Part shown: one piece after another, positions 16,275 through 24,885 of the stretch
How positions within the stretch are numbered: position 1 is the stretch's first letter
Layout of the letters: the number at the start of each line of letters is the position of its first letter
DNA from: Oscillospiraceae bacterium
GTDB taxonomy: Bacteria > Bacillota > Clostridia > Oscillospirales > JAKOTC01
Assembly: GCA_035353335.1 (NCBI GenBank)
Contig: DAOPZJ010000002.1
Coordinates: 4,703 to 68,702, forward strand
Direction: 5' to 3'
DNA length: 64,000 bases
Program-made: the position numbers and the translations under genes
Notes under the pieces: model-generated
What the model was told of the DNA's origin: nothing
Seen by the model: only the letters and a program-made list of their open reading frames with translations
Database searches by the model: none

Positions 16275-16502
16275 TCATTTCCCCCCTTTACCGGTTATGA
16301 AATCGTAAATGGTTTGAAACAAATCCGCATATCTGGGAAGCTCGACTTTGAAAATAATTAAAACTTGCAAAATGAAGGCAAGCGCAAAAAATCCGGTGCA
16401 GAAAAAAATCGCCTTCTTACTTTTCGAGCGATATACAGGCACCAAATCCGTAAATATCAACACCGCATACAACACAGTAAAAATCACAATTTCCTCGCCC
16501 AT
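16275..16502 (-). CDS. Small two/three-TM protein inside the ger operon (possible germinant receptor D-type subunit)
   Basis: 75 aa and hydrophobic. TAATG overlap with gerC and a 1-nt gap to the gerB start. Small D subunits in GR operons are known from Bacillus. Assignment here rests on position and size only. Confidence 0.5.
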   Translation of the reverse strand: MGEEIVIFTVLYAVLIFTDLVPVYRSKSKKAIFFCTGFFALAFILQVLIIFKVELPRYADLFQTIYDFITGKGGK

Positions 16503-17656
16503 TACTGTTGATCCTTTAAACTTTTTCCGGCCTGGGCGCTGTTCCTGATTTTGATTTTGCAGGTCACGCTGAACTGCAGATTCTTGAAACCGTTATCCCA
16601 ATCGTCTTTATATTGCTTCCAAATGTCGGGCTTTTCCGCATAAACCAGTTGCCCGAACCCGAAGATGTCGGTGTCGAATTCATTTTGCACCTTTTGAACG
16701 ACGCGGATGATGTTTTCTTGCAAAAACAGCTGCATGTCTTCCGTCAGAGCCGTCATACCCGCTATATCGGCGTAGCTTGCATTTGGCCCGCTTTCCCCGA
16801 TCGCCGCCTCGGTCTCGGTGCTGATACCAACGGCTAAAATGCCGTCACTGAAAACGGGTTTGACCGTGGTTTTGTTGTCGAACACCTCCAGGGTGATATC
16901 CGCAATTGGGTCGTTTTGATAATTGTAGTTGACCAACAAACCTCCCTTAACTTTATCGATGACATATAAAAAATATTTCGTATCCTCCGAATCCAAATAA
17001 CCCACGAGGATATCCCCTTTGAAAATCGCGGTCCCGCAGATATCCGCCGACTTCATCTCATCCTGCGGCTTCATTGTAACGCAGGGAGCAAAGGCGTAAG
17101 GGACCTCCGATTCAAGCATTTTTATGACTTTATATAATTGAACCCTTGTATATTTTTCAACATTGTCCGAATTATCGATTTTATCGTTGATTTCATAAGA
17201 CAAAATTTCGTTGACGATGCCTTTGGAAGTCATAATGTCTTTTACCGATGCATCCTTTGCGACCAGCAGATGTGTGGTCAGACGTATTTCGGCATCCCGG
17301 TAAAACCAGTCGAGCACATCAAGAAGCCCCTGCCTCGCCAGACCCTCACCAACAATGATGCATTGCGCGTGACTCCAAAACAGTCGTTTTCCGGAGACCT
17401 GAATCGTATTCCGAACCGCATCGAACACGGTTTTTCCTCTGGTCTCCACAATTTTGCCTTCCGGTGACGACTGGCCTTTCGAAGCCGAGCCGGACTCTAT
17501 AATCTCGATATATAAAACATAATCACCGGAGGCAGCGTCGCGGTCAACGCCGACCCCCGCAACGATGGAAAGCATATTGATTTCCCTGTAATTCCAACAA
17601 CCGGTCGTAACCAGGCAGAGAACAATCAACAAAAACAATACCGCCCGCTTTTTCAT
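16502..17656 (-). CDS. Spore germinant receptor C subunit (Ger(x)C lipoprotein)
   Basis: 384 aa. Lipobox LVTTGCWNYREIN followed by LSIVAGVGVD, typical of the GerAC family. Confidence 0.85.
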   Translation of the reverse strand: MKKRAVLFLLIVLCLVTTGCWNYREINMLSIVAGVGVDRDAASGDYVLYIEIIESGSASKGQSSPEGKIVETRGKTVFDAVRNTIQVSGKRLFWSHAQCIIVGEGLARQGLLDVLDWFYRDAEIRLTTHLLVAKDASVKDIMTSKGIVNEILSYEINDKIDNSDNVEKYTRVQLYKVIKMLESEVPYAFAPCVTMKPQDEMKSADICGTAIFKGDILVGYLDSEDTKYFLYVIDKVKGGLLVNYNYQNDPIADITLEVFDNKTTVKPVFSDGILAVGISTETEAAIGESGPNASYADIAGMTALTEDMQLFLQENIIRVVQKVQNEFDTDIFGFGQLVYAEKPDIWKQYKDDWDNGFKNLQFSVTCKIKIRNSAQAGKSLKDQQ

Positions 17657-19200
17657 GTGCGCTTATCCTCTTTTTTTTGTCTTTTCCTGTCATTCGCAAT
17701 CAATCTCGGGCGGTAATTCATCAGCCACCAGGGCATACGGATCATCGTATCTTTCAAGTCTCCCCTGTCGAAGGTCCTGATATAGGACATAAATGGGACG
17801 CCGAACGAATGAAGGCTGAACGCATGCACTAAAATTCCGGTAAACAAGAACAGAAAACCGTATAACCCCATAAGCGCAGAAATAATAATCAATAAAAGCC
17901 GTATGATGATAATCGTGTTGATCATTTTGGGCAACATCAAACTGGTGATGCCGGCGAACGCGACAATGATCACAATGGGCGCGCTGATGAATTTTGCGTC
18001 GACGGCCGCCTGTCCCAATACGAGAGCCCCCACAATTGAAAAGGCTTGGCCGATTGTCGAAGGCATCCGCGTTCCGGCCTCGCGAATAACATCGAATATG
18101 ATGATGAGCCCGAGCAGCTCAATGACGCTCGGGAACGGAACCCCTTGCCTAGCCGAATAAATACTTGTGAGCAGAGTTGTCGGAATCAGCTCTTGGTGAA
18201 AAGTGATTAAACTGAGATAAATAGCGGGTAGACAGGTTGTGATGAACAAAGCGATAATACGCAGAATCCGATTAAATGAAGAGGCCTGAAACTGCAGGTA
18301 GTAATCCTCGTTTGTCTGTATGTTTTCTATAAATAAGCAGGGCAGCGTAAGGACCACGGGAGTTCCGTCAACAATCACGGCATACCTGCCCTCCAGCAGT
18401 TTGCCCGCGACGGTATCCGGCCTCTCGGTCCGATAAATGGTATTGAATATAGATAACGGCGCGTCAGTGATAAATTCCCTGATGTATTCCGAATCCAATA
18501 TACCGTCTATATCGATGGTATCGAGACGTTTTTCCAATTCCGTTAAGATCGATTCCTGCGCGATGCCCTTGATATAACAAATACAGACCTTCGTGCGGGT
18601 TCTCGCGCCGACCGTACGAAATTTAAATTTCAAATCGTTTATCTGGATTTTTCTGCGCACCATGGCGACATTTTGCATAATAGCTTCGGTAAATCCCTCT
18701 TTGGGGCCGAGGAACACTTTTTCCAAATCCGGTTCCGCGATGCTTCTCGACGGCCATCCTTTGGTATTGATGATCATTGCGCGCTTGTAACCGTCGACAA
18801 ATAAAAGCGTATCGCCGTAAAGAATTGCCTCAAGCATTTTATTGATATCTTCCGAGGCGGTGACATCGTTTGACTGAACCACCTGCTCGGATAATGTTTT
18901 GAACAAATCCCCTTCTTTTTTATCTTCATAAGCAGTAACCGGCCTGATGATATTTTCATTGATGATGCTCACGTTGATCATGCCGTCCATGGACATCAGG
19001 CAGCAGCAGATATCGGGGTTGTTTCTGTTTTCGAATTTTCTAACGATAAAGGTATCGTCATTTGCAAAAAGCTTTTGAAAGAGCTCGATATTATCTTCAA
19101 GTTTATCGGACAAACCGCCTTCGATCAACTTCTCCGCGTTTTCAGTTATTTTTGTCCCCGGATTTTTATCGTTTTTGTGCAGCCATTTATCCAAAAACAA
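17653..19200 (-). CDS. Spore germinant receptor A subunit (GerAA/GerKA family)
   Basis: GerA-family soluble N-terminal domain plus 5-6 TM C-terminal region. Start reassigned to TTG 19200, which lies 7 nt after GGAGGTG. The ORF-track start 19293 lacks an RBS. Confidence 0.85.
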   Translation of the reverse strand: MFLDKWLHKNDKNPGTKITENAEKLIEGGLSDKLEDNIELFQKLFANDDTFIVRKFENRNNPDICCCLMSMDGMINVSIINENIIRPVTAYEDKKEGDLFKTLSEQVVQSNDVTASEDINKMLEAILYGDTLLFVDGYKRAMIINTKGWPSRSIAEPDLEKVFLGPKEGFTEAIMQNVAMVRRKIQINDLKFKFRTVGARTRTKVCICYIKGIAQESILTELEKRLDTIDIDGILDSEYIREFITDAPLSIFNTIYRTERPDTVAGKLLEGRYAVIVDGTPVVLTLPCLFIENIQTNEDYYLQFQASSFNRILRIIALFITTCLPAIYLSLITFHQELIPTTLLTSIYSARQGVPFPSVIELLGLIIIFDVIREAGTRMPSTIGQAFSIVGALVLGQAAVDAKFISAPIVIIVAFAGITSLMLPKMINTIIIIRLLLIIISALMGLYGFLFLFTGILVHAFSLHSFGVPFMSYIRTFDRGDLKDTMIRMPWWLMNYRPRLIANDRKRQKKEDKRT

Positions 19201-19225
19201 GGTTTCACCTCCGCATGTTTTGCCA

Positions 19226-19255
19226 TAGTTTTTGTTGTTGAACGTCGAAATATGC
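19226..19255 (-). promoter_or_regulatory. Possible forespore (sigma-G/F-like) promoter of the ger operon
   Basis: Minus strand reads GCATA (19255-19251), 18-nt spacer, AAAACTA (19232-19226). This only partly matches the GNATR-N18-CATNNTA consensus, which I recalled from memory. Confidence 0.3.
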
Positions 19256-19382
19256 AAACGCATGCCCGACAGAGCGGATGGAAACCGTCTCAATGATGTT
19301 CGTCTTGACCGGCAGTCTTTCTCTTGACACCGAATCGGCCGTTTGGTACAATAATCGTAACAATCGCGATATTGGGGAAACT

Positions 19383-20765
19383 ATGTCGAAAACGGGGCTG
19401 GCCGCAAAGCCGATTACCAAAGCGCAGACACGAAAAAAGCTTTCGCCTTCACAACCATCAGGGCCGCTGCTTTCTGCCGGCCGTTTTTTAATGCCCGTAT
19501 ATCTCCGTTTGGCACTCTCCTTTGAAAAAACAGAGATTCGAATCCCCGAGAAAATTATCGAGGCCCTCCGGGACTTCCAACAAAAAAAGACGCGTCTGAT
19601 CGTCGCTTTCCGCCACCCCTACGGCGACGAACCCCAGCTGCTCTCTTATGTATTTAATTACCTCCTCCCGCGCTTAGCGAAAAAGCTGAAGACGCCGCTT
19701 CCCTGCAGCTCCCCCATTCGCCTGGTTCACGATTACGCCGTTCCGCTCTGGGGCGGCGGATTCATCCGTTTTATCCTGCCGCGCGCAGGCGCTTTGCCGG
19801 TCTACCACGTCAAAGCCGAACCTGTGAGCATGAAAAATATCAGGGCGGTCCTTCGGGACGGCAATTCTCCGCTCGGCATCGCCCCCGAGGGCCAAATTTC
19901 CTATCACAGCGAGACCCTGCCCCGAATCGAGCCCGGAACGGTACGCATCGGCTTCTGGTGCGCAAGCGAACTTGAAAAAGCCGCCCGCCCCGAAAAGGTC
20001 CGCATTCTTCCGATTTCGGTGCATTACCAATACGATTCGCGCGACCGAAAGAAAGTTCTTGCCGCTCTCGATCACCTCGAATCTCTCTGTGGTATGACTC
20101 CAACATCATATAATGACATATTACCGCGTATCGAAGCCCTCGAAAACCGCATTTTGGACGTCGCCGAAGAATATTACACAGCGCTCGGTTATCGGCCGCA
20201 AAACCCGACCGCAGGCGAAAGCGAAAAAGCAAACAAACAGCGCCGCTGGGAGGCCCTTCTGCCGTTTGTGATCGAATTCGCCGAAAACATATTGGGGCTG
20301 AACGCAAAAGACGATTCCTTTATTCAGCGCATGTACCGCGTGCGTCTTGAGGGCTGGGACCGCATCTACCCGGAAAAACCCATCGAAACCCTCATCCCGT
20401 TGGAGACCGCTCTTGCGCACCGCCGCACCGGAGAGGCCTGGTATGCGATGCGTCATATGGAGCTTTTCGACCTGATGTCTTACTACGACCTTAATTATCT
20501 CAAAAGTGACCCGAACTCTTTTGACCGCATCGTCGAATCCGTGATTAATCTCCAAGACCTCGCGTTTCGCTTGATGGGCGGCAACATCACCACCCGCCCC
20601 AACAAAATCCGCAAAAAAGCGGTGATCGTACCGGGCGACTGCCTCGACCTCACCGAACGGCTTCCCGATTACCACAAGAACCCGAAACAGACCGCCCGCA
20701 ATGTAACCGATGAACTAGCCAATAAATTTATCAAATGTATAAAGGTGTATCATCATGAAAAATGA
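19383..20765 (+). CDS. PlsC/GPAT-superfamily acyltransferase with long C-terminal extension
   Basis: Start moved to ATG 19383 (MSKTGLAAKP). Acyltransferase block I-like FRHPYGDEP and block III-like IAPEGQISY. About 250 aa of uncharacterised helical C-terminus. Confidence 0.7.
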   Translation: MSKTGLAAKPITKAQTRKKLSPSQPSGPLLSAGRFLMPVYLRLALSFEKTEIRIPEKIIEALRDFQQKKTRLIVAFRHPYGDEPQLLSYVFNYLLPRLAKKLKTPLPCSSPIRLVHDYAVPLWGGGFIRFILPRAGALPVYHVKAEPVSMKNIRAVLRDGNSPLGIAPEGQISYHSETLPRIEPGTVRIGFWCASELEKAARPEKVRILPISVHYQYDSRDRKKVLAALDHLESLCGMTPTSYNDILPRIEALENRILDVAEEYYTALGYRPQNPTAGESEKANKQRRWEALLPFVIEFAENILGLNAKDDSFIQRMYRVRLEGWDRIYPEKPIETLIPLETALAHRRTGEAWYAMRHMELFDLMSYYDLNYLKSDPNSFDRIVESVINLQDLAFRLMGGNITTRPNKIRKKAVIVPGDCLDLTERLPDYHKNPKQTARNVTDELANKFIKCIKVYHHEK

Positions 20766-22113
20766 AGAAACAACAGCCGTAAAAAAGACCAAGCTGCCCT
20801 TTGGGGTCAAAATGGGTTACGGAGTCGGTGATCTGGGGGGCAACCTCTTTTTTACCGCGATGGGTTTTTATTCGCTCATCTATCTGACCGACACTGTCGG
20901 CATCGCCTCTGCGCTCGCCGGAGCAGCCATTTTAATCGGCAAGTTCTGGGATGCGGTCACTGACCCGATGATGGGCTATATCTCAGACCGAACCCGCTCC
21001 CGCTGGGGACGCCGCCGCCCCTATTTTTTATTCGGCGCATTACCGTTACTTTTATCAATGTGGTATTTCTTCTCCGCGCCCGATTTTCAAAACCGACAGA
21101 CACTCGGCTTTCTCTGGGCACTCTTTGCGCTCTGCCTGCTGAACACCGCCTACACGGTTGTCAACATCCCCTATGGCTCGCTGACGCCCGATCTGACCAA
21201 GGACTTCAAGGAGCGAACGTCCCTCAACGGCTTCCGGTTCAGTTTTGCGGTTATCGGCACCATATTGGGCGCAGCCATTGTCCTGCCTATCGTGAATGCG
21301 GCAAGCGACACCCATAAGGGATATTCGAATGTCGGTTTGATTTTCGGTATCATCATGGCGGGGACGATTTTAATCACCTTTTTCACCGTACGCGAGACCG
21401 AACAAAATCACGTTATTTCAAAACAAAAATTTTTCGGAACGTTTGCGGTGGTTTTTAAAAACAAACACTATATGCGGCTCGCCGCGGTCTATACCCTGAA
21501 CCTCACCGGCCTCACCTTTGTCCAGACCATGCTAGTGTATTATTTTAAATACATCTATCAAAACGAAGGCATGACCACCATTGCCATGATTTTATTGCTC
21601 GGCGTCGCCATGGTCTGTATTCCGGTCTCGGTGCTGATTTCCAAGCGCATCGGAAAAAAGCGCACCTATCAGATTGCGCTCGGTATTCTTGCGGTCTGCT
21701 GCCTCGGGATGTTCTTCTTCGCGCACATTCTCGGCATGACGTTCACGTTTGTCGTGATGGCCATCGCCGGCATCGGTCTCGGTTTTGCTTATGTGCCACC
21801 GTTCGCCATGCTGCCCGACGTGGTGGAAGTGGACGCAGTACAGACCAAGAGCCGCAAGGAGGGCGCTTATTACGGCATGTGGACCTTCTTTTCCAAAATC
21901 GGTGTCGCGCTTGCCGCGGCCCTCTCGGGTGCATTCTTAAGCCTTGCCAGTTTTGTGCCGAATGAGGTCGCCCAGACGGATTCCGCGCTTTTCACCATCC
22001 GTCTGTTAATCGGCCCGATCCCTGCCGTGATTTTTATCGCAGCCATCCTGCTCGTCCAACGCTACCAACTCGACGAAAAGACCTACAACGCCATCCTCGC
22101 CGGGGAGAAATAA
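20755..22113 (+). CDS. MFS transporter, GPH (MelB/MFS_2)-like
   Basis: 452 aa with 12 predicted TM segments. N-terminal GYGVGDLGGNLFFT and DRTRSRWGRRRP loop typical of the GPH family. 11-nt overlap with the acyltransferase gene. Confidence 0.85.
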   Translation: MKNEETTAVKKTKLPFGVKMGYGVGDLGGNLFFTAMGFYSLIYLTDTVGIASALAGAAILIGKFWDAVTDPMMGYISDRTRSRWGRRRPYFLFGALPLLLSMWYFFSAPDFQNRQTLGFLWALFALCLLNTAYTVVNIPYGSLTPDLTKDFKERTSLNGFRFSFAVIGTILGAAIVLPIVNAASDTHKGYSNVGLIFGIIMAGTILITFFTVRETEQNHVISKQKFFGTFAVVFKNKHYMRLAAVYTLNLTGLTFVQTMLVYYFKYIYQNEGMTTIAMILLLGVAMVCIPVSVLISKRIGKKRTYQIALGILAVCCLGMFFFAHILGMTFTFVVMAIAGIGLGFAYVPPFAMLPDVVEVDAVQTKSRKEGAYYGMWTFFSKIGVALAAALSGAFLSLASFVPNEVAQTDSALFTIRLLIGPIPAVIFIAAILLVQRYQLDEKTYNAILAGEK

Positions 22114-22135
22114 TTTCACAGAATATAAATACAAG

Positions 22136-22168
22136 AAGCGTTCCGCTAAAACGGAACGCTTTTGCTTT
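22136..22168 (+). terminator. Rho-independent terminator
   Basis: AAGCGTTCCG / CGGAACGCTT stem with loop CTAAAA, followed by TTTGCTTT. Confidence 0.65.
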
Positions 22169-22187
22169 AATATCACTTAATTCACAT

Positions 22188-22634
22188 TTATTGCTTCGCC
22201 GCCAGCTTCAATCCGCAAATCTTTTTATAATCCTCAAAAACTTGTTCACTGTCCGCTTTGAGGATCATCCATTTGCCGATTTTCATATAATCACCCGCCT
22301 TGCGGTACGATTCGGCGGTATAGTCACCGAGCACCGGCAAAAGCAGCTCCATCTGCGCGTCCAGCTTATACCCGATGATGATCATCACATAAAATGTCCC
22401 CCGGCGCGGATACCAAGTCCCGAACGCCTGTCCGCTCTTTTGAAACTTGACGTTCCACATGGGCATTCCGCTGCACCCGCTGTAAGTCAGCTTCGGTTTA
22501 ATCTTATAAGCGGTTTCAAAATACTCGATCAGCGACAGCCACAGCCCCTTGACCGGCCCGACATACTCTGCGATATCGAGCAACGTCGGTTCTTTGTCCT
22601 TCAGGAAAAGTTTATTCCATTCTTGTTGTTCCAT
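22188..22634 (-). CDS. DUF3788-like protein
   Basis: 148 aa. The N-terminal region (EPTLLDIAEYV...W..L..Y....Y...P...YS.CS) resembles DUF3788 from memory. No catalytic motif recognised. Confidence 0.55.
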   Translation of the reverse strand: MEQQEWNKLFLKDKEPTLLDIAEYVGPVKGLWLSLIEYFETAYKIKPKLTYSGCSGMPMWNVKFQKSGQAFGTWYPRRGTFYVMIIIGYKLDAQMELLLPVLGDYTAESYRKAGDYMKIGKWMILKADSEQVFEDYKKICGLKLAAKQ

Positions 22635-22792
22635 GATGATTCACCGTCCTTATAACAAAATCTACGCCTTGCTTTACTTCGTGTTTTATCGGGTATTTTG
22701 AATATTTTGTAATTTTATCATACCATACCGCTCCGAAAATAGCAACTGATAACTCAGAATTGCTGTCTGTCGAAAAATTCTATATTTCCCGC

Positions 22793-22822
22793 TTGACAGA
22801 TTCGCGTGTTTTGTTTTATAAT
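22793..22822 (+). promoter_or_regulatory. Sigma-A promoter for tRNA-Leu
   Basis: TTGACA (22793-22798), 18-nt spacer, TATAAT (22817-22822), ~40 nt upstream of the tRNA. Confidence 0.6.
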
Positions 22823-22862
22823 AACTCTTGCACTTTCGGATTTTCCGAAACGCTTTTTATCT

Positions 22863-22949
22863 GCGGGTATGGCGGAATTGGCAGACGCGTATGGTTCAGG
22901 TCCATATGCTCGCAAGAGTATGCAGGTTCAAGTCCTGTTACCCGCACCA
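22863..22949 (+). tRNA. tRNA-Leu (anticodon CAG), type II with long variable arm, CCA encoded
   Basis: Acceptor GCGGGTA/TACCCGC. Anticodon stem TATGG/CCATA with loop TTCAGGT. Variable arm TGCTCGCAAGAGTAT. T-arm GCAGG-TTCAAGT-CCTGT. Discriminator A plus CCA. Confidence 0.9.
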
Positions 22950-23034
22950 CTAAAAGAACGCTAATTTTGATACGATGAGTAGCAAAGTCAGCGTTCTTAT
23001 GCTATCGGCAGGAAGTTTATATTGGGAGAAAACA

Positions 23035-23574
23035 ATGAAATATTATAAGAAGATTATCGGAGAGCACTTATATCTTTCACCCGTCAACTCGGATGAAGTT
23101 GATACTTATTTAAAATGGATGAATGAGGATAAAACGCTCGCAGTAAATTTCGGCCAATATCCTCTGATGGTTTCATCAAAAAGTGATTTGAATTGGCTTT
23201 ATGAACCACCCAAAAATATGCATCGTTTTGCGATAGTTCTTCTTGACAATGATGTGTTGATAGGAAGCATAAGTCTTCACAACATAGATCATCTAAACCG
23301 CAACGCCTATATTGGTATCTTTATCGGCAACGAGGAACAAAGAGGCAAAGGATACGGTGCCGAAGCTATTCGACTGATACTTAGCTATGGATTTAAGACA
23401 ATGAACCTTCATAGTATAAATCTTACCGTACATTCGGATAATTACGGCGGTATCAAATGCTACAAAAAGGTAGGATTCCAAGAAGTCGGAAGATTGCCGG
23501 AGGTGCTTTTCATAAACGGAAAGTATGTTGATAAGATTTACATGAGTATACTTGAAAACGAGTTTTTAGGATAG
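23035..23574 (+). CDS. GNAT family N-acetyltransferase (RimJ/RimL-like)
   Basis: Start at ATG 23035 after GGGAGA. Motif A-like QRGKGYGAEAIRLILSYGF. Visibly AT-rich: a hand count of 23041-23100 gives 22/60 G+C. Confidence 0.85.
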   Translation: MKYYKKIIGEHLYLSPVNSDEVDTYLKWMNEDKTLAVNFGQYPLMVSSKSDLNWLYEPPKNMHRFAIVLLDNDVLIGSISLHNIDHLNRNAYIGIFIGNEEQRGKGYGAEAIRLILSYGFKTMNLHSINLTVHSDNYGGIKCYKKVGFQEVGRLPEVLFINGKYVDKIYMSILENEFLG

Positions 23575-23605
23575 ATTGCAGATACCTAAACCACCCCTGC
23601 TTGGG

Positions 23606-23675
23606 CTTCACGTTTCGCGCGGCGAAATACTTCACTTCGGCGCAAGCCAACGCTTCACGTCGCTTTTTGCTTCAC
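23606..23675. repeat. Four spaced CTTCAC repeats with an embedded palindrome
   Basis: CTTCAC at 23606, 23630, 23653 and 23670. TTTCGC-GCG-GCGAAA palindrome between copies 1 and 2. Confidence 0.35.
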
Positions 23676-23757
23676 TTCAATTCGTTCTTTATTTATGTGA
23701 TGAAAATCGCTTGTTCTCTCTTTCCACCGCTTGGCAGATCAGGAATCATTTAATGGG

Positions 23758-23786
23758 TTGACTGTCATAACACTTAGCGTTATAAT
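23758..23786 (+). promoter_or_regulatory. Sigma-A promoter for the NlpC/P60 gene
   Basis: TTGACT (23758-23763), 17-nt spacer, TATAAT (23781-23786). Leaves a ~150-nt leader containing an AAATCTTT...AAAGATTT hairpin. Confidence 0.6.
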
Positions 23787-23935
23787 CTAACTCGGCTCAC
23801 AAGAGCGAAATCTTTGTCACATGACATAAAGATTTTTGCATGATTACGACGAAAAGTAATTTGCAAAGGTCTTTTTATTTTTGCAAAAAAACAAAATTTA
23901 AATAAAACGTCATGTGAAACGGTAAGGAGGAACCC

Positions 23936-24595
23936 ATGAAAATTTACAAGAAAATGATCAGCACACTGGCGGCATTGCTGATAGTGGTCAGCATGTTTGC
24001 ATTCGCCGCTTTTGCGGCAACAACCGGAACTGTGCGCGTTGCGACTTCAAGCTACTTGAATGTGCGTTCCGCTACCGGCAGTACGGCACCCATCATCGGC
24101 AGGCTTGCAAACGGCACGCAGATTTCCATCCTCGGCAGCAGCAACGGCTGGTACCAAATCTCATATAACGGCACAACAGGATGGGTATACGGACAATACA
24201 TAACCGTTTCGAACGACAAAGAGCAAATTGTCGTGAACGCGGCAAACAGCGCAATCGGTGTTCGTTATGTATTCGGCGGCGCAACATTGAACGGTATGGA
24301 TTGTTCGGGCCTGGTCGTTTACAGCTACGCAAAAGCGGGCATCACGCTTCCGCATTCGTCTTCACAGCAGTCCTCGCTCGGTGTTGCGGTCAGCAGGGCA
24401 AATCTGAAACCCGGCGACCTCGTGTTTTTTGACACGGACGGCGGACTGAACAACATCAATCACGTTGGCATCTATATCGGCAACAATAACTTCATCAGCG
24501 CCCAGTCCGGCGCGGGGTATGTAAAAATGGCATCTCTCACGAACACTTATTGGTCGTCAAGATATATGACCGCCAGAAGAATTATCAACGCATAA
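23936..24595 (+). CDS. Secreted SH3b + NlpC/P60 (C40) peptidoglycan endopeptidase
   Basis: Signal peptide. SH3b-like YLNVRSATGSTAPIIGRLANGTQISILGSSNGWYQISYNGTTGWVYGQYI. NlpC/P60 core YVFGGATLNGMDCSGLVVY...INHVGIYIG. RBS AAGGAGG. Confidence 0.9.
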   Translation: MKIYKKMISTLAALLIVVSMFAFAAFAATTGTVRVATSSYLNVRSATGSTAPIIGRLANGTQISILGSSNGWYQISYNGTTGWVYGQYITVSNDKEQIVVNAANSAIGVRYVFGGATLNGMDCSGLVVYSYAKAGITLPHSSSQQSSLGVAVSRANLKPGDLVFFDTDGGLNNINHVGIYIGNNNFISAQSGAGYVKMASLTNTYWSSRYMTARRIINA

Positions 24596-24607
24596 CATGC
24601 CAAAATC

Positions 24608-24656
24608 AAAACCGCTTATTGATAGATTTTCTATCAATAAGCGGTTTTCTTTTTTA
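24608..24656 (+). terminator. Strong Rho-independent terminator
   Basis: 18-bp stem AAAACCGCTTATTGATAG / CTATCAATAAGCGGTTTT with loop ATTTT, followed by CTTTTTTATT. Confidence 0.85.
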
Positions 24657-24885
24657 TTCCAGTAAGGATATTTTCGAAAAAAATCTTTTTAATGGATTAT
24701 TTTATCGATTGATATTTCATCTGCAAATCATGATATTTAAATAAAACATTAATTAATTCGGTGTTGTATGTTTCCCATGAATGGCGGGGGAAAGAGGGGC
24801 AGAGTCTATAATTCTTTCCGTCAAAACTCACATCAACGGTAAAGACTTAGCATAAAATGCACTTCCTTTAAGTAATTTTAACGAC

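Noticed and set aside
19278-19382. N-terminal extension of the acyltransferase, and the 19201-19293 extension of gerA
   Set aside because: Both extensions overlap the divergent promoter region and lack RBSs. Better starts exist: ATG 19383, and TTG 19200 after GGAGGTG.
22760-22978. 72-aa ORF overlapping the tRNA-Leu
   Set aside because: It reads straight through a well-folded tRNA gene and its promoter, so it is spurious.
23600-23700. Possible CRISPR array (CTTCAC repeats)
   Set aside because: The repeat unit is only 6-9 nt and the spacing is irregular (24, 23 and 17 nt). There are only four copies and no cas genes.
23787-23935. c-di-AMP (ydaO-type) riboswitch in the NlpC/P60 leader, and likewise 2700-3008 upstream of the LysM/CAP gene
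   Set aside because: These are attractive contexts. However, the conserved GGGGA / CCCGA / ACGGGG-type blocks are absent, and only simple AT-rich hairpins are present.
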